The notes: generated by a model not told the origin, from the sequence alone. A DNA stretch of 64,000 nt from an uncultured cyanobacterium (GCA_963719515.1 CAVRCJ010000006.1:1-64000); one strand, 5' to 3'. Positions 39,370 through 50,221 are shown, counted from the stretch's first letter. Made by a program: numbers and translations.

Positions 39370-41037
39370 ATGGATATTTTCGGTCTGCCACTTCTCAACA
39401 TTATTTCTCTTCTAGGCATATTCGGGCTGTGCGCCATTGCCTGGATTTTTTCTGAGAACCGGCGGCTGAAATATTTTCCCTGGCGAGTGGTGATCGGCGG
39501 CATTATTCTGCAGCTGCTTTTAGGGGCGCTGGTGTTTGTGGTGCCGGGGGCCAGGGACGCCCTGCAGGTTTTTAGCAACTTGCTCAACGGCGTCTTTGAC
39601 GCGGCGGATGTGGGGGCCCGCTTTGTGTTTGGCTCCAACATTGTGCCGGTGCCGGGGGAAACCCCTGCGGTAGACCTGGGCTATGTGTTTGCCTTTCGCG
39701 CCCTGCCGACGGTGATCTTTTTTGCGGGGCTGATGGCGCTGCTCTACAACCTCGGCGTCATTCAGATCGTCACCGACTTTTTCGCTAAGATTTTTTACTC
39801 CACCATGCGCCTCAGCGGCGCTGAATCCCTCAGCGGGGCGGCTAACATCTTTGTGGGCATTGAGGCCGCCATCGTGGTGAAGCCCTTCCTGGCCAAAATG
39901 ACCCGCAGCGAGCTGTGCGCCATCCTATCCTGCTGCTTTGGCACCTCAGCCTCCTCGGTGCTGGCCATCTACGTCAGCTTTCTGCGGCCCGTCTTCCCCA
40001 ACATCCTGGCTCACCTGGTGTCCGCCTCCATCATCGGCATTCCCGCCTGCTTTGTGCTCTCCAAAATTCTGGTGCCCGAGACCGGCGTGCCTCTCACCGC
40101 CGGCGGCATCCCTCGGGAAGAAGACCTGCGGGACTTCACGGCGGACGGCACTCCAGAGTCGCCTCAAACCGTGATGGGGGAGCCAATGATTAAGCAAAGC
40201 CCCATGGATGCGGCGATCGCGGGGGCGCTAGACGGGGTGCGCATGGCGGTGGGCATTGCCGCCGTGCTGATTCTCATTTTGGGGTTGGTGGCCCTGATCA
40301 ACCAGATCTTCGACGGTCTTGCTGCCGTCCCCGGCCCGGTGGGAACGACCTTCCAATACGTCACCCTGCAAAACATCATGGGGGCGCTGTTTTTGCCCTT
40401 CACGGTGCTGACGGGCGTCAGCCTAGACTGGCCCGAGCTGTGGCAGGCCTCCGTACTCATCGGGCGTCGCCTGTTTGAAACCGCCATTCCCTCTTACCAG
40501 GCCCTGGGAGTGTTGGGGGCAGAGGGGGCCGTCAGCGATCGCACTATCTTGATTGTCAGCTACGCCTTATCGGGGTTTGCCCATCTAGCATCCGTCGGCA
40601 TCTTTGTGGGCGGCACCGCTGCGCTGATTCCCTCCCGCCGCCGCGACATCGCCGAGATGGGCTGGAAAGCGCTGTTTGTCGGCACCCTGGCGACGCTAAT
40701 GATCTCCTGCGTGGCGGGGGTGTTCGACGATGGGTCGCCGGGCGTCTTGGGTCGCCCGGCCTCAGCTCCGCCCGCCATCACCGAGCCCGCCCCCGCCGAG
40801 CTAGAGGAAACGGTGCCGCCCCAGGAGGTAGAGCCCGAAATTAACACCTTGCCGGAAGACGCATCGGAAGACGCACCGGAGCAGACAGAAGCGTCCGAGA
40901 ACGAGCTAGCCGCTCCTCCAGCTTCAGAAGATCCGGCGACAGATGACCTCCCCGCTATCGACGAGACTCCGGCGGTGGATGAATTTCCGGCGGCCCCGGT
41001 AGATAACGACCCAGCAGACAGCGCCCCGGTAAACTGA
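39370..41037 (+). CDS. concentrative nucleoside transporter (NupC/CNT family) with acidic tail
   Basis: Motifs FAFRALPTVIFF, GAESLSGAANIFVG, YALSGFAH. Confidence 0.9.
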   Translation: MDIFGLPLLNIISLLGIFGLCAIAWIFSENRRLKYFPWRVVIGGIILQLLLGALVFVVPGARDALQVFSNLLNGVFDAADVGARFVFGSNIVPVPGETPAVDLGYVFAFRALPTVIFFAGLMALLYNLGVIQIVTDFFAKIFYSTMRLSGAESLSGAANIFVGIEAAIVVKPFLAKMTRSELCAILSCCFGTSASSVLAIYVSFLRPVFPNILAHLVSASIIGIPACFVLSKILVPETGVPLTAGGIPREEDLRDFTADGTPESPQTVMGEPMIKQSPMDAAIAGALDGVRMAVGIAAVLILILGLVALINQIFDGLAAVPGPVGTTFQYVTLQNIMGALFLPFTVLTGVSLDWPELWQASVLIGRRLFETAIPSYQALGVLGAEGAVSDRTILIVSYALSGFAHLASVGIFVGGTAALIPSRRRDIAEMGWKALFVGTLATLMISCVAGVFDDGSPGVLGRPASAPPAITEPAPAELEETVPPQEVEPEINTLPEDASEDAPEQTEASENELAAPPASEDPATDDLPAIDETPAVDEFPAAPVDNDPADSAPVN

Positions 41038-41136
41038 GCGCTTTTCACAGGTAGAGCTACGCCAAATGTGGCAAGATCAAAACTCTACCCTTCTCAAGGG
41101 GTAGCTGCGTTTGTCCGTCACGTTTAGGCACCCGCT

Positions 41137-41541
41137 ATGACCTCTAATCTTCCTCTCGATGCCCCTTTCCAGCGGCTGCGGACGCTCCGAACCCTGCTGC
41201 TGCGGCTGCACAAAGCCCTCCTCAACTGGGAACGGGTGACCTACGAGCGAGAGCACGGCCGCATCAAAAACAACGGCGAGTTTTTTCGCTTGGTGGTGGG
41301 CCATGAGTGGTTTAAGTGGCTGCGCCCCATGTCTCAGTTCATCGTACGCATTGACGGAGCCCTGAGCACCAAAGAGCCCGCCACCTTGAGCGAGGTGAAT
41401 GAGATTTTGGGAGACGCGCGATCGCTCCTGCGCGTCAACGAAGCGGGCAGCGAATCTGAACAGCGCTACTATGAGGCGATTCAGCATAGTCCCGACATCG
41501 CCTTTATGCATGCTGAGGTGTCGCAGCTGTTGAACAAGTAG
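41137..41541 (+). CDS. hypothetical protein
   Basis: LLRLHKALL...F.WLRPMSQFIVRID helical protein. Confidence 0.75.
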   Translation: MTSNLPLDAPFQRLRTLRTLLLRLHKALLNWERVTYEREHGRIKNNGEFFRLVVGHEWFKWLRPMSQFIVRIDGALSTKEPATLSEVNEILGDARSLLRVNEAGSESEQRYYEAIQHSPDIAFMHAEVSQLLNK

Positions 41542-41554
41542 CGTTTGGAAAGGT

Positions 41555-42484
41555 ATGGCGATCGCGATTATCTGTCCCAGCAGAGACACCGGCCCCTGGG
41601 TGGCGGCCATCAAAGAGATTGACCCAGACTTGGAGGTACTGGTGTGGCCCGATGATTCCCCCAGGGAAAACGTTACATTTGCGCTGTGCTGGCAGCAGCC
41701 ACAAAGCGTTTTGAGCGAGTATCCCAATCTGCGCTGCCTGTCCTCTATGGGGGCCGGGGTCGATCACCTGATCTCTGACGCTGCGCTGCCGCCGCGCCTG
41801 CCGATCGTTAGGCTTGTGGACCCGCTCCTGGCGCAGTCAATGTTTGAGTACGTCTGCGCCGCAGTCATGTACTATTTCCGGGAGTTTGACGGCTATCAGG
41901 CTCAGCAGCGGCAGCGGCGCTGGCATCAGACTGCTTCGAAACCAGCCGTCGCAACGACCGTTGGCGTTATGGGTTTAGGGCAGCTGGGCGGGTTCGTGGC
42001 GGGGCGGCTCTCGGGCCTAGGGTTTAACGTGGTGGGCTGGTCGCGCTCTGCAAAATCTATTGACGGGGTGGAAACCTACGCCGGGGAGGCGCAGCAGGGA
42101 GAGTTCTTATCCCGCGCCGAGATTTTGGTCTGCCTGCTGCCGCTCACGCCTGAAACCGCCGGAATACTGAATAGAGATCTCTTTGGGCAGCTGCCCCAGG
42201 GCGCTTGTCTGGTGAATGTTGCGAGGGGGGAGCATTTGGTAGAAGGCGATCTGCTCGCCGCGCTGGGCGAGGGGCACTTGCGAGGGGCCTGCCTAGATGT
42301 GTTTCAGCAAGAGCCTCTGCCCCAAGACCATCCCTTCTGGGTCCACGAGAAAATCATGGTGACGCCACATTGCTCAAGTATCACAGAACCCAGATCAGTA
42401 GCCCCGCAGGTGGTGGAAAATTACCGGCGATCGCAGCAGGGTCAGCCGTTGCTCAATCAAGTCTCGACAGAGAGGGGATATTAG
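41555..42484 (+). CDS. ghrA: glyoxylate/hydroxypyruvate reductase A-type 2-hydroxyacid dehydrogenase
   Basis: Motifs GAGVDH, GLGQLG, LLPLTPET, NVARG, LDVF..EPL, TPH. Confidence 0.85.
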   Translation: MAIAIICPSRDTGPWVAAIKEIDPDLEVLVWPDDSPRENVTFALCWQQPQSVLSEYPNLRCLSSMGAGVDHLISDAALPPRLPIVRLVDPLLAQSMFEYVCAAVMYYFREFDGYQAQQRQRRWHQTASKPAVATTVGVMGLGQLGGFVAGRLSGLGFNVVGWSRSAKSIDGVETYAGEAQQGEFLSRAEILVCLLPLTPETAGILNRDLFGQLPQGACLVNVARGEHLVEGDLLAALGEGHLRGACLDVFQQEPLPQDHPFWVHEKIMVTPHCSSITEPRSVAPQVVENYRRSQQGQPLLNQVSTERGY

Positions 42485-42700
42485 GCGGCCCTTCGCTGGG
42501 ATCTCCCAGAAAATCGATGTGAGCCCCAGGTCCGCTCTGCCGGTGGCCTACGCCGCAGCATAAAACGTTCGGTTTGGATTTTAGCGACAATCCCTTAGAA
42601 TTTAAGTCTTTCGCAACGGCTGGCGTTCAAGCTGACTCCAAACTCATTTGGCTCACCTTGGCCACAGCTCCATTCACCCAACTCAACGAAGCAACTCTCC

Positions 42701-43933
42701 ATGGCAACTATCAACGACAACTACCTCAAACTCAAAGCAGGCTATCTCTTCCCCGAAATCGCCCGACGGGTCAAAACCTTCGTGGCCGACCACCCCGACG
42801 CTGACATCATCAAGCTGGGCATTGGCGACGTCACAGAGCCCCTGCCCGACGCCTGCCGCCAGGCCATGAAAGCCGCCGTAGACGACATGGGCGATCGCGA
42901 CAGCTTCCACGGCTACGGGCCAGAGCAGGGCTACGGCTGGCTGCGGGAGGCGATCGCCGCTACCGATTTCCAGGCGCGGGGCTGTGAGGTAGACGCCTCT
43001 GAGGTGTTTGTCTCAGATGGGGCCAAGTGCGACAGCGGCAACATCCTCGATATTTTTGGCCACGACAACGCGATCGCGGTAACCGACCCCGTCTACCCCG
43101 TCTACGTGGACACCAACGTGATGGCGGGCAACACCGGCCCCGCCGACGAGAGCGGCAAGTATGAGGGGCTGGTCTACCTGCCGATGACGGCAGACAACGG
43201 CTTCACCCCGGCGCTGCCGTCCCAAAAGGTAGACATGATCTACCTCTGTTTCCCCAACAACCCCACCGGGGCCACGGTCACCAAAGCCGAGCTAAAGCAG
43301 TGGGTGGACTACGCCCTAGAGCACCAGTCCCTGATTTTGTTTGACGCCGCCTACGAGGCGTTTATCACCGACCCCGAGCTGCCCCATTCTATCTACGAAA
43401 TCGAGGGGGCACGGGACTGCGCCATTGAGTTCCGCTCGTTTTCTAAGAACGCAGGGTTTACCGGCACCCGCTGTGCCTATACGGTGGTGCCCAAGGGGCT
43501 GACTGGTAAAGCCTCAGACGGCAGTGATGTAGAGCTGCACCGGCTGTGGAATCGCCGGCAGTCCACTAAGTTCAACGGCGTGTCTTACATCGTGCAGCGG
43601 GGGGCTGAGGCCGTCTACTCGGAAGCGGGTCAGCGTCAGATTAAGGAGCTGATCGCCTTTTACCTGGAGAACGCTCGTTTGGTGCGGGAGGCATTGACCA
43701 AAATCGGCATCGACGTCTACGGCGGCGTGAATGCGCCCTATGTGTGGGTGAAGACGCCCGGCGGCCTGACGAGCTGGGATTTCTTTGATAAGCTGCTGCA
43801 GGCCTGCAACGTGGTGGGAACGCCGGGTTCAGGGTTTGGGGCCGCCGGTGAAGGGTATTTCCGCATTTCGGCGTTCAACAGCCGCAAGAATGTGGAGGAG
43901 GCAATGGCGCGGATTGCGAAGACCTTTGGCTAA
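42701..43933 (+). CDS. dapL: LL-diaminopimelate aminotransferase
   Basis: Motifs [34 protein letters not shown]. Confidence 0.97.
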   Translation: MATINDNYLKLKAGYLFPEIARRVKTFVADHPDADIIKLGIGDVTEPLPDACRQAMKAAVDDMGDRDSFHGYGPEQGYGWLREAIAATDFQARGCEVDASEVFVSDGAKCDSGNILDIFGHDNAIAVTDPVYPVYVDTNVMAGNTGPADESGKYEGLVYLPMTADNGFTPALPSQKVDMIYLCFPNNPTGATVTKAELKQWVDYALEHQSLILFDAAYEAFITDPELPHSIYEIEGARDCAIEFRSFSKNAGFTGTRCAYTVVPKGLTGKASDGSDVELHRLWNRRQSTKFNGVSYIVQRGAEAVYSEAGQRQIKELIAFYLENARLVREALTKIGIDVYGGVNAPYVWVKTPGGLTSWDFFDKLLQACNVVGTPGSGFGAAGEGYFRISAFNSRKNVEEAMARIAKTFG

Positions 43934-44069
43934 GGCTTTGTTTGGCTAAGGCTTTGCTCAATTTCAAATAGGGGGGGCATGCTGGTATCGCTGGCGAAAT
44001 GTTTCGTAATGGCATTTGGCGTCCTGCAGGCCCCCTCCGCCAGCGGTATCAATGCTGAGGGAAGAGAAC

Positions 44070-44140
44070 CAGACTCTTCTCTCCCGTTCGCGCAGCGTGG
44101 CCGGAGGCCGTAGTTGGGAGAGGAGTTGGGGGTGAGGGCC
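44070..44140. repeat. cyanobacterial small dispersed palindromic repeat
   Basis: CTCTTCTCTCCC...GGGAGAGGAGTTGGGGGTGAGGG hairpin. Confidence 0.45.
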
Positions 44141-44206
44141 TTCGATGCGCTAAACAGATACCACGGCGATGCCGCGATCGCGTCGTCATGAATATCTTTT
44201 GAAAAA

Positions 44207-44278
<72 letters not shown>

Positions 44279-44373
44279 GTATCAATAGGGCTCTCTATAA
44301 TACCCCGTATCTTAATTCTAGGATAGAGCATACGGCTGTATTGACTGCGCGATAGGGCCTCAAACCAGCCGCA

Positions 44374-45357
44374 CTACGCGGGCACCTTTCCCGCTAGGCG
44401 ATCGCGCCACTCCCCAACCCGCTGTGCCAGCCGTCCCGTCAGCCAGCCATCGTACTGCGGATAGACCGGCAGCCTGGGCTGCAGCCGCCAGCCCGTCTTC
44501 TGCAGCAAGGCCCACGATTGATGGCGGTGCAGGTAGTCTGGGTTCACCTCATCTTTAGGAACAATTCCCCCCAAGTCTCGCGCTCCCGCTTCCAGGCAGG
44601 CAAGCAGCGCCGAGGGGGATACGAGGTTGGGCGGCACCTGAATGATGACGTCACTGGGCAAAATCTCGGCGGCGATCGCCACGGCCCGCTGCAGCTGCTC
44701 GCCCGCCAGGGTAACGCCGTTCCAAGGCTGCTGATGGCCAACGCTGTGGGGCTGCAAAATCACCTCCTGCACATGGCCCCACCGCTCGTGGGTCTGGGCG
44801 ATCGCTCTCAGGGAGTCGCGCCAGTCGGCCTCCGTCTCCCCTAGCCCTAGCAGCAGCCCCGTGGTGAACGGAATCTGCAGCTCTCCGGCCCACCGCAGCT
44901 GCTGCAGCCGCAGCTCGGGAAATTTGCTGGGGGCGTACTGATGCACCGTCTGCATGAGCTGGGGAGTGACCTGCTCCACCATCAGCCCCATAGAGACGTT
45001 CACCGCCTTGAGCTGAGCCATCTCCTCATAGAGCAGCGGGCCGGCGTTGGTGTGGGGCAAAAAGCCTCGGTCTAGCGCCAGATTACAGAGGTCGTAGATG
45101 CGCTGAAACCAGGCCTGTCGACGGGCGCTGGAAGGATGAACCTCACCGCTCAAAATCAGGATCTCGCTGGTTTCCGGAGGGAGCTGACTGAGGCGATCGC
45201 GGGCCTCCCCCAAAGCCAGCCACTCGTCGTCACCGGGGTCAACGCGAAAGTTGCAGTAGGCGCAGCGGTTGAAACACTCGTAGGTGGGAACCAACGTGTA
45301 GGCCGGACTGTAGGTCACCACTCGATCGGCGCGAGGGGTGCTCGGTAGATGATCCAT
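44374..45357 (-). CDS. cofG: FO synthase subunit CofG (radical SAM)
   Basis: Motifs VTYSPAYTLVPTYECFNRCAYCNF, PHTNAG, PFTTGLL, DLGGI. Confidence 0.9.
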   Translation of the reverse strand: MDHLPSTPRADRVVTYSPAYTLVPTYECFNRCAYCNFRVDPGDDEWLALGEARDRLSQLPPETSEILILSGEVHPSSARRQAWFQRIYDLCNLALDRGFLPHTNAGPLLYEEMAQLKAVNVSMGLMVEQVTPQLMQTVHQYAPSKFPELRLQQLRWAGELQIPFTTGLLLGLGETEADWRDSLRAIAQTHERWGHVQEVILQPHSVGHQQPWNGVTLAGEQLQRAVAIAAEILPSDVIIQVPPNLVSPSALLACLEAGARDLGGIVPKDEVNPDYLHRHQSWALLQKTGWRLQPRLPVYPQYDGWLTGRLAQRVGEWRDRLAGKVPA

Positions 45358-45361
45358 CGCT

Positions 45362-45754
45362 TTAGCGCTGGGTAATTTTAATGGAAGAGAAAGTCGTATC
45401 TAGAGATTTGGCACCGCCTTTTTCTACCTGGCGCAGCAGCTGACCAAACTGCACCCACACCAGCGCTCCACCCAAGACGGTGATGGGCGCGGCGATGCTG
45501 TAGGCCACCTTAGGCGAAAAGGAAAACAGCTGCACGGTTGAGGCTAGAAATACGCAGATGCCGATGCAGGCGGCAAGAAACGGGATAAACAAGTTAAAGT
45601 TTTGCACCTCGGTCAGGCTTTGGGTGGCCCGGCTGCGGGACCACTGTTGTACACTTTGCTTCACGGTGGCCCCGAACGCTATCGCCGAGGTGATACCAGT
45701 AAGGAGCCCAGCCGCTAGGAGCACGTACGGAACGTTGTAAAAATTTTCTAACAC
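45362..45754 (-). CDS. 3-TM hypothetical membrane protein
   Basis: Three hydrophobic segments; co-oriented with cofG. Confidence 0.75.
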   Translation of the reverse strand: MLENFYNVPYVLLAAGLLTGITSAIAFGATVKQSVQQWSRSRATQSLTEVQNFNLFIPFLAACIGICVFLASTVQLFSFSPKVAYSIAAPITVLGGALVWVQFGQLLRQVEKGGAKSLDTTFSSIKITQR

Positions 45755-46048
45755 GGGCTATCTCGGCAAATCCACGCTCTTATTATTCAGGGTTTTGGGT
45801 GAGTACGGCAAGCCCAGAAACTAGAAGGCGGCGGTTTTAGAACATAAAACCGCTGACGATTCGAGCGAAATAGACAGGTCAGCCCCATGCCCCGCCAATA
45901 CCACCGCCGTATTAAGAAATAAGATCAAACGCCCTTCAGATATCTTTAATGAGCAGATTCCCGAAGCACAGGCTCTGTTTGAGGCGATTATCGGCAATAA
46001 CTCTCAGGATTCTGCGACGCGTCTGTATTTGAAGCGATGTCAGCAGCA

Positions 46049-47662
46049 TTAGCGCTGCTGGCGCATCGGCAGCGTGATCCGGCATTCGGTGCCCTGGCCT
46101 GGCGTGGAAGCGTACTCAAGAGTACCGTTGTGGCTGTGAATAATTTGGTGACTGATGGACAGCCCCAAGCCCGTCCCTTTTCCGGCAGGCTTGGTTGTAA
46201 AGAAAGGATCGAATAGGCGCGACTTCACGTCGCTTGCCAGCCCCGGCCCGTTGTCAATTATGCGGATGGTGATGGTCTGATCATCGCAGGCGGTTATGAT
46301 TCGAATCTGGCCGGTAGTCTCGCTCACCCAGTGACGCGGTTCCGCGCGGACCCTGGCATCGTAGCCTGGCGTCGTGGGATAGCTTGGTGCGGTGGGTCTG
46401 CGCCGCTGGTACTGTTCTTCTAGCGCTTCGACGGCATTGACCAAGATATTCATAAACACCTGATTGATTTGCCCCGCGCGGCACTCCACTAGGGGAAGAT
46501 CACCGTACTGTTTCTCTAGCCGAATCGCAGGGCCATGGATGTTGGCCCGCAGTCGGTGCTGAAGAATTAGCAGGGTATTATCGAGCCCCTCATGTAAGTC
46601 GATAGCCTTTGGAATATCTTCGTCTGTGCGGACAAATCGCTGCAGCGACAGCACAATATCCCGGATGCGTTCGGCCCCAAGCCGCACAGAGGCCATGGTC
46701 TTAGGCAAGTCTTTGATCAAGAAATCCAGCTCGGCTTCATCCCCCAACTGCGACACCTCCTTTTCAAAGCTCTCTGGGCAGCAGTCTCGATACCGCCCCA
46801 CTAGGGCTAACAGGTAACGGCTGTAGTCGTCTAAGTAGGTGAGATTCCCATAAATGAAATTAACTGGATTGTTGATTTCGTGAGCAACCCCCGCCACAAG
46901 TTGACCCAAGCTGGACATTTTTTCGCTCTGAACCAGCTGGGTTTGAGCCGCTTTGAGGTGATCTAGGGCATTTGCCAGATCTTGCGCCTGCTGTCGGCTC
47001 CGGTTTATAAGGTCCGCCTGCTGAAGGGCAACGTCTAGGTGCGCCGCGATGTACTGCGCGAGCTCGATGTCCTGGAGCTTCCACTGACGGGGGCGATCGC
47101 ACTGATGGATGCACAGCAGTCCCCACAAATAGCCTTCTTGAAGCAAAGGAACCACGAGATTAGCTCTGACGTGAAACTGCGCCAGGATATCAATGTGGCA
47201 CGCCTGCAGGCCAGCGTTGTAGATATCGGGAAGCGCCTGAATTTGCCCCCGCTGGTAGTATTCTGCAAATTTACTGCCAAAGCAGCGATCTTCTATGACA
47301 ACATCGCGGGTTGAGGGGAGGCCCGCCTCAGCAGACTCTGCCACAAACTCTCCTAGATCCCAGTCTGAATGGGGGTGGAAGCGATAGATGCCGACCCGGG
47401 ATGCGGCGAGCAGCTGCCGCATCTCAGCGGCGGCGGTTTGAAAGACCTCGTCTAAATCTGAGCAGTGGTGAATTGTCGTAATCACCCGAAAAAGCGCTTT
47501 CTGCTGCTCGGCCTGATGTTTGATCTGCTGTAGCGGTTCAGAGTCTAGCGGCACCTCAACGTCCATCTCTTCGGCAATAGACGGAACTAAGACTTTAAGC
47601 GCCTCAAAAGTAGCCTCGTCACGGCAAAGGCTCCGAATTTGATTGAGGCGATCGCGGTGCAT
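46049..47662 (-). CDS. cyanobacteriochrome GAF sensor histidine kinase
   Basis: GAF with DRCF and CH motifs; GVAHEINNP H-box; DNGPG, FFTTK, GTGLGL. Confidence 0.9.
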   Translation of the reverse strand: MHRDRLNQIRSLCRDEATFEALKVLVPSIAEEMDVEVPLDSEPLQQIKHQAEQQKALFRVITTIHHCSDLDEVFQTAAAEMRQLLAASRVGIYRFHPHSDWDLGEFVAESAEAGLPSTRDVVIEDRCFGSKFAEYYQRGQIQALPDIYNAGLQACHIDILAQFHVRANLVVPLLQEGYLWGLLCIHQCDRPRQWKLQDIELAQYIAAHLDVALQQADLINRSRQQAQDLANALDHLKAAQTQLVQSEKMSSLGQLVAGVAHEINNPVNFIYGNLTYLDDYSRYLLALVGRYRDCCPESFEKEVSQLGDEAELDFLIKDLPKTMASVRLGAERIRDIVLSLQRFVRTDEDIPKAIDLHEGLDNTLLILQHRLRANIHGPAIRLEKQYGDLPLVECRAGQINQVFMNILVNAVEALEEQYQRRRPTAPSYPTTPGYDARVRAEPRHWVSETTGQIRIITACDDQTITIRIIDNGPGLASDVKSRLFDPFFTTKPAGKGTGLGLSISHQIIHSHNGTLEYASTPGQGTECRITLPMRQQR

Positions 47663-47935
47663 ACGGAATTGGGTCCTTACTGTATCTCGTCGTGATAGGC
47701 ATTGAAAAGCGCCAATCTTACGCAGACTTGACAAACTTGACAGCCTTCATGTAAAGCTTTAGAGTGAAGCTGTAATACGCTGTATTTGAAGTAAGTTACG
47801 TCAAAAACCTCTTCAGAGCAGGGGTTTGAGTTTAGAGGGATTTCTACGATGTGGAGTTTGGTGGATGTCGGACGTCACATAGCGCTCCGTCGTACCACAG
47901 CCTCTCACTACAGACGGGTACAGCAGATTAGAAGA

Positions 47936-48115
47936 AGGTAGCCCTGTGCCTCAAAGCGCCATGCCTGATTGAAGGGTAATCAGCCCTGAGAGCCTAGAAA
48001 ACGAGGGCCTTTCGAGGGCCGCCGTCAAGGTCGGACCTCCCAACGGCCATAGGGCAAGGTCATGCAGTGCTTCACTCAACCTTGAGGCTGATGGTCCGTA
48101 GGCTCAGGTGCACGC
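47936..48115 (-). ncRNA. ssrS: 6S RNA
   Basis: ~180-nt intergenic rod: GTGCACCTGAGCCT pairs with AGGCACAGGGCTAC; internal CAGCCTCAAGG and TCCGACCTTGAC resemble cyanobacterial 6S as recalled (not searched). Confidence 0.72.
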
Positions 48116-48136
48116 CTGTGTCAAAGCTGACTCATC

Positions 48137-50221
48137 TTATCGTATTGGATCGGGCAAAGCTCCGATTCGATCACTTTCTTCACTCGCAGCCCCAATTTGC
48201 CACTGCCAGTCAGCGATCGCCTCGCGGGCCTCGACGTAGACGCTAGAGTCCTGCGGCACTAAAGCAGCCGCTTCAATGGCGCTGCTCAATTGCCCTTCGT
48301 AGGCTCGTTCGTAGGCCAAGTCCAGAATATTATTGCTCCAGCGCTCAAACAAGACTTGGGCTTGGTCGTAGTCGGCGTCTCGACGCTGAACCAGTCGTAA
48401 GTGGGCTATAGCCTCACTGTAGGAGGAAGCCTGGCTAGGCTTGATGATCGCCTCAGCGGAAGCCACCAGGCTTCGCTGCCCAGGGCGCCCCCCCTGACTG
48501 AGCTGCTGTTGCCACTGCTGAATCCGCTCCTGTGCCCTAGGGTAGACCGCTGCAACGGTAGGGGGAATGAGCTGGGCGGCACCGATGGCGTCGACGTAGT
48601 TCCCCACTTGGGCTCTGGCCTCGGCTAGGTCCACGACGGTGTTTCCCCAGCGCTGGATGTAAGACTGGGCCTCGTCATAGAGGGGCTGTCCGGGCTGAAT
48701 TCGCCCGGCGATGGCGATCGCTCGCGCAAAGTCGGAGGCCTGATTGACCGGGGTTTCCTCACGCTCCTGGTTGAGGGAAGCGATCGCCTGAGCCAAAATT
48801 TCGGCATTGACCTGCAGGGTGTCCTCGTCTGCAGGGCGAACCCCAGCGCCGCTTTGAGCGGCCTGCCGGAGCGCGGCGTAGTCTCGGTCTTGCTTGGCGG
48901 GAGGCACTGTATCGAGCCACGCTAGGGCGTCGTCAAACTGCTCCCCTTCGATAGCGGCCCGAGCAGCGGTCAGGGCGGCTGACGTGACCTCGTCGGAGGT
49001 TTCCACCTTGGCGGCATTATCGTCTGCCGGTCTCGGGCGGGCGGCGCTGAAGAGAGCCGTTCGGTTACGCACCACCACGCCGAGAATCAGCAGCGATAGG
49101 AGCCCAATTCCCCAAATGCCTATCCGCCGCCAGAATACCTGGTCAGCGTCGAGGGGACGAGGGGGCGAGGGGGTGGTGGTGGCCTGCGGAATGGGCGCGG
49201 GCGACGTGGGAATAGAGGGGTTGGGCGGTGCGGCAAGCGCGGGGGAGGAGGGGGCTAGGGTGCTTGGGCGGGCTGTACTGAGGTCGGTGAGGGAAGGGGA
49301 TGGCGCTGTCTCTGGACCTAGATAGATGTCCTCTAGAGCTGCTGGATTTACCCTTGCTGGGTCCGGCGCTGCTGGGTCCGCTTCCCGATACCCCGCTTCC
49401 TCTAGGGGATAGGCCCCCTCTTCAGGCACAGGAAAAGGGTTCTCAAGAGGCTTACCCGGTACGATTAGCTGGTAGCGCATGTCGTCTGGGACAAACGCCG
49501 CCGGGTTCTGCAGAGGCCGCCAGTGGTGCTCGCTCAACCGAGGGAGGCGATCGCCCAAGTCGAGGGCAAGCTGAGCGACGGTGATGCAGCTCTGGTGCAG
49601 ACTTTCTATCAGGGCGGCGGTAAACAGCCCCTGGCGCAGCGCCAAGGTTTCGTGGGGGCTTTGGTCAGGCCGACAGCTGAGGATAACCGTGACCCCGTGC
49701 TGCTCGGCAAGCGCCAAAGCAGATTTTCCCAGCACGGCGTCGGAAGATAGCCCTAAGCGCTTGAGGTCGAGCAGCAGTAGAGGACGGGGAGCCTTTCCCA
49801 AGGTTTCCAGCAGCGGACCTAGGGCTATAGCGGTTGAGGGCTTTTCCGGGTTGCTGTCCGCTGCCAAGAGATAGTCTTCTCCAGCGTCATGGAACCCGTA
49901 GCCGCTAAAGGCAAACCAGATCACGTCGTCTGTGGGGATCTGCGGATCGGTTTGCTGAGCGCTAGCGGCTTGCACCACGTCGGCCACCGCTTGATCTATG
50001 GCCGCTTTGGTGATTCCATCTCCTACATTCGAGGCGTCGCCGGAGGTGCTGTCGGACTTGAGGGCCGCTTTAGTAAGCAGATGACACTGGGCTTGGGGAA
50101 ATTCGGCATCGTCTACGCAATAGCGATAGAGTACAGCGGCGTCTCGCTCCGCGTACATTAGCGGCTGCTCAAGATACAAGTATTGATTGATGCCGACCGC
50201 GATCGCCCAGTACTGTGTCAT
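48137..50221 (-). CDS. membrane-anchored pseudo-orthocaspase (peptidase C14-like)
   Basis: WAIAVGINQY; FSGYG in place of HG; LLDLKR in place of DxCR; Pro-rich linker, TM, helical repeats. Confidence 0.82.
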   Translation of the reverse strand: MTQYWAIAVGINQYLYLEQPLMYAERDAAVLYRYCVDDAEFPQAQCHLLTKAALKSDSTSGDASNVGDGITKAAIDQAVADVVQAASAQQTDPQIPTDDVIWFAFSGYGFHDAGEDYLLAADSNPEKPSTAIALGPLLETLGKAPRPLLLLDLKRLGLSSDAVLGKSALALAEQHGVTVILSCRPDQSPHETLALRQGLFTAALIESLHQSCITVAQLALDLGDRLPRLSEHHWRPLQNPAAFVPDDMRYQLIVPGKPLENPFPVPEEGAYPLEEAGYREADPAAPDPARVNPAALEDIYLGPETAPSPSLTDLSTARPSTLAPSSPALAAPPNPSIPTSPAPIPQATTTPSPPRPLDADQVFWRRIGIWGIGLLSLLILGVVVRNRTALFSAARPRPADDNAAKVETSDEVTSAALTAARAAIEGEQFDDALAWLDTVPPAKQDRDYAALRQAAQSGAGVRPADEDTLQVNAEILAQAIASLNQEREETPVNQASDFARAIAIAGRIQPGQPLYDEAQSYIQRWGNTVVDLAEARAQVGNYVDAIGAAQLIPPTVAAVYPRAQERIQQWQQQLSQGGRPGQRSLVASAEAIIKPSQASSYSEAIAHLRLVQRRDADYDQAQVLFERWSNNILDLAYERAYEGQLSSAIEAAALVPQDSSVYVEAREAIADWQWQIGAASEESDRIGALPDPIR

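Noticed and set aside
43925..43956. 16-bp direct duplication TTTGGCTAAGGCTTTG at the dapL stop
   Set aside because: Adjacent copies with nothing between them; simple slippage, not an att site.
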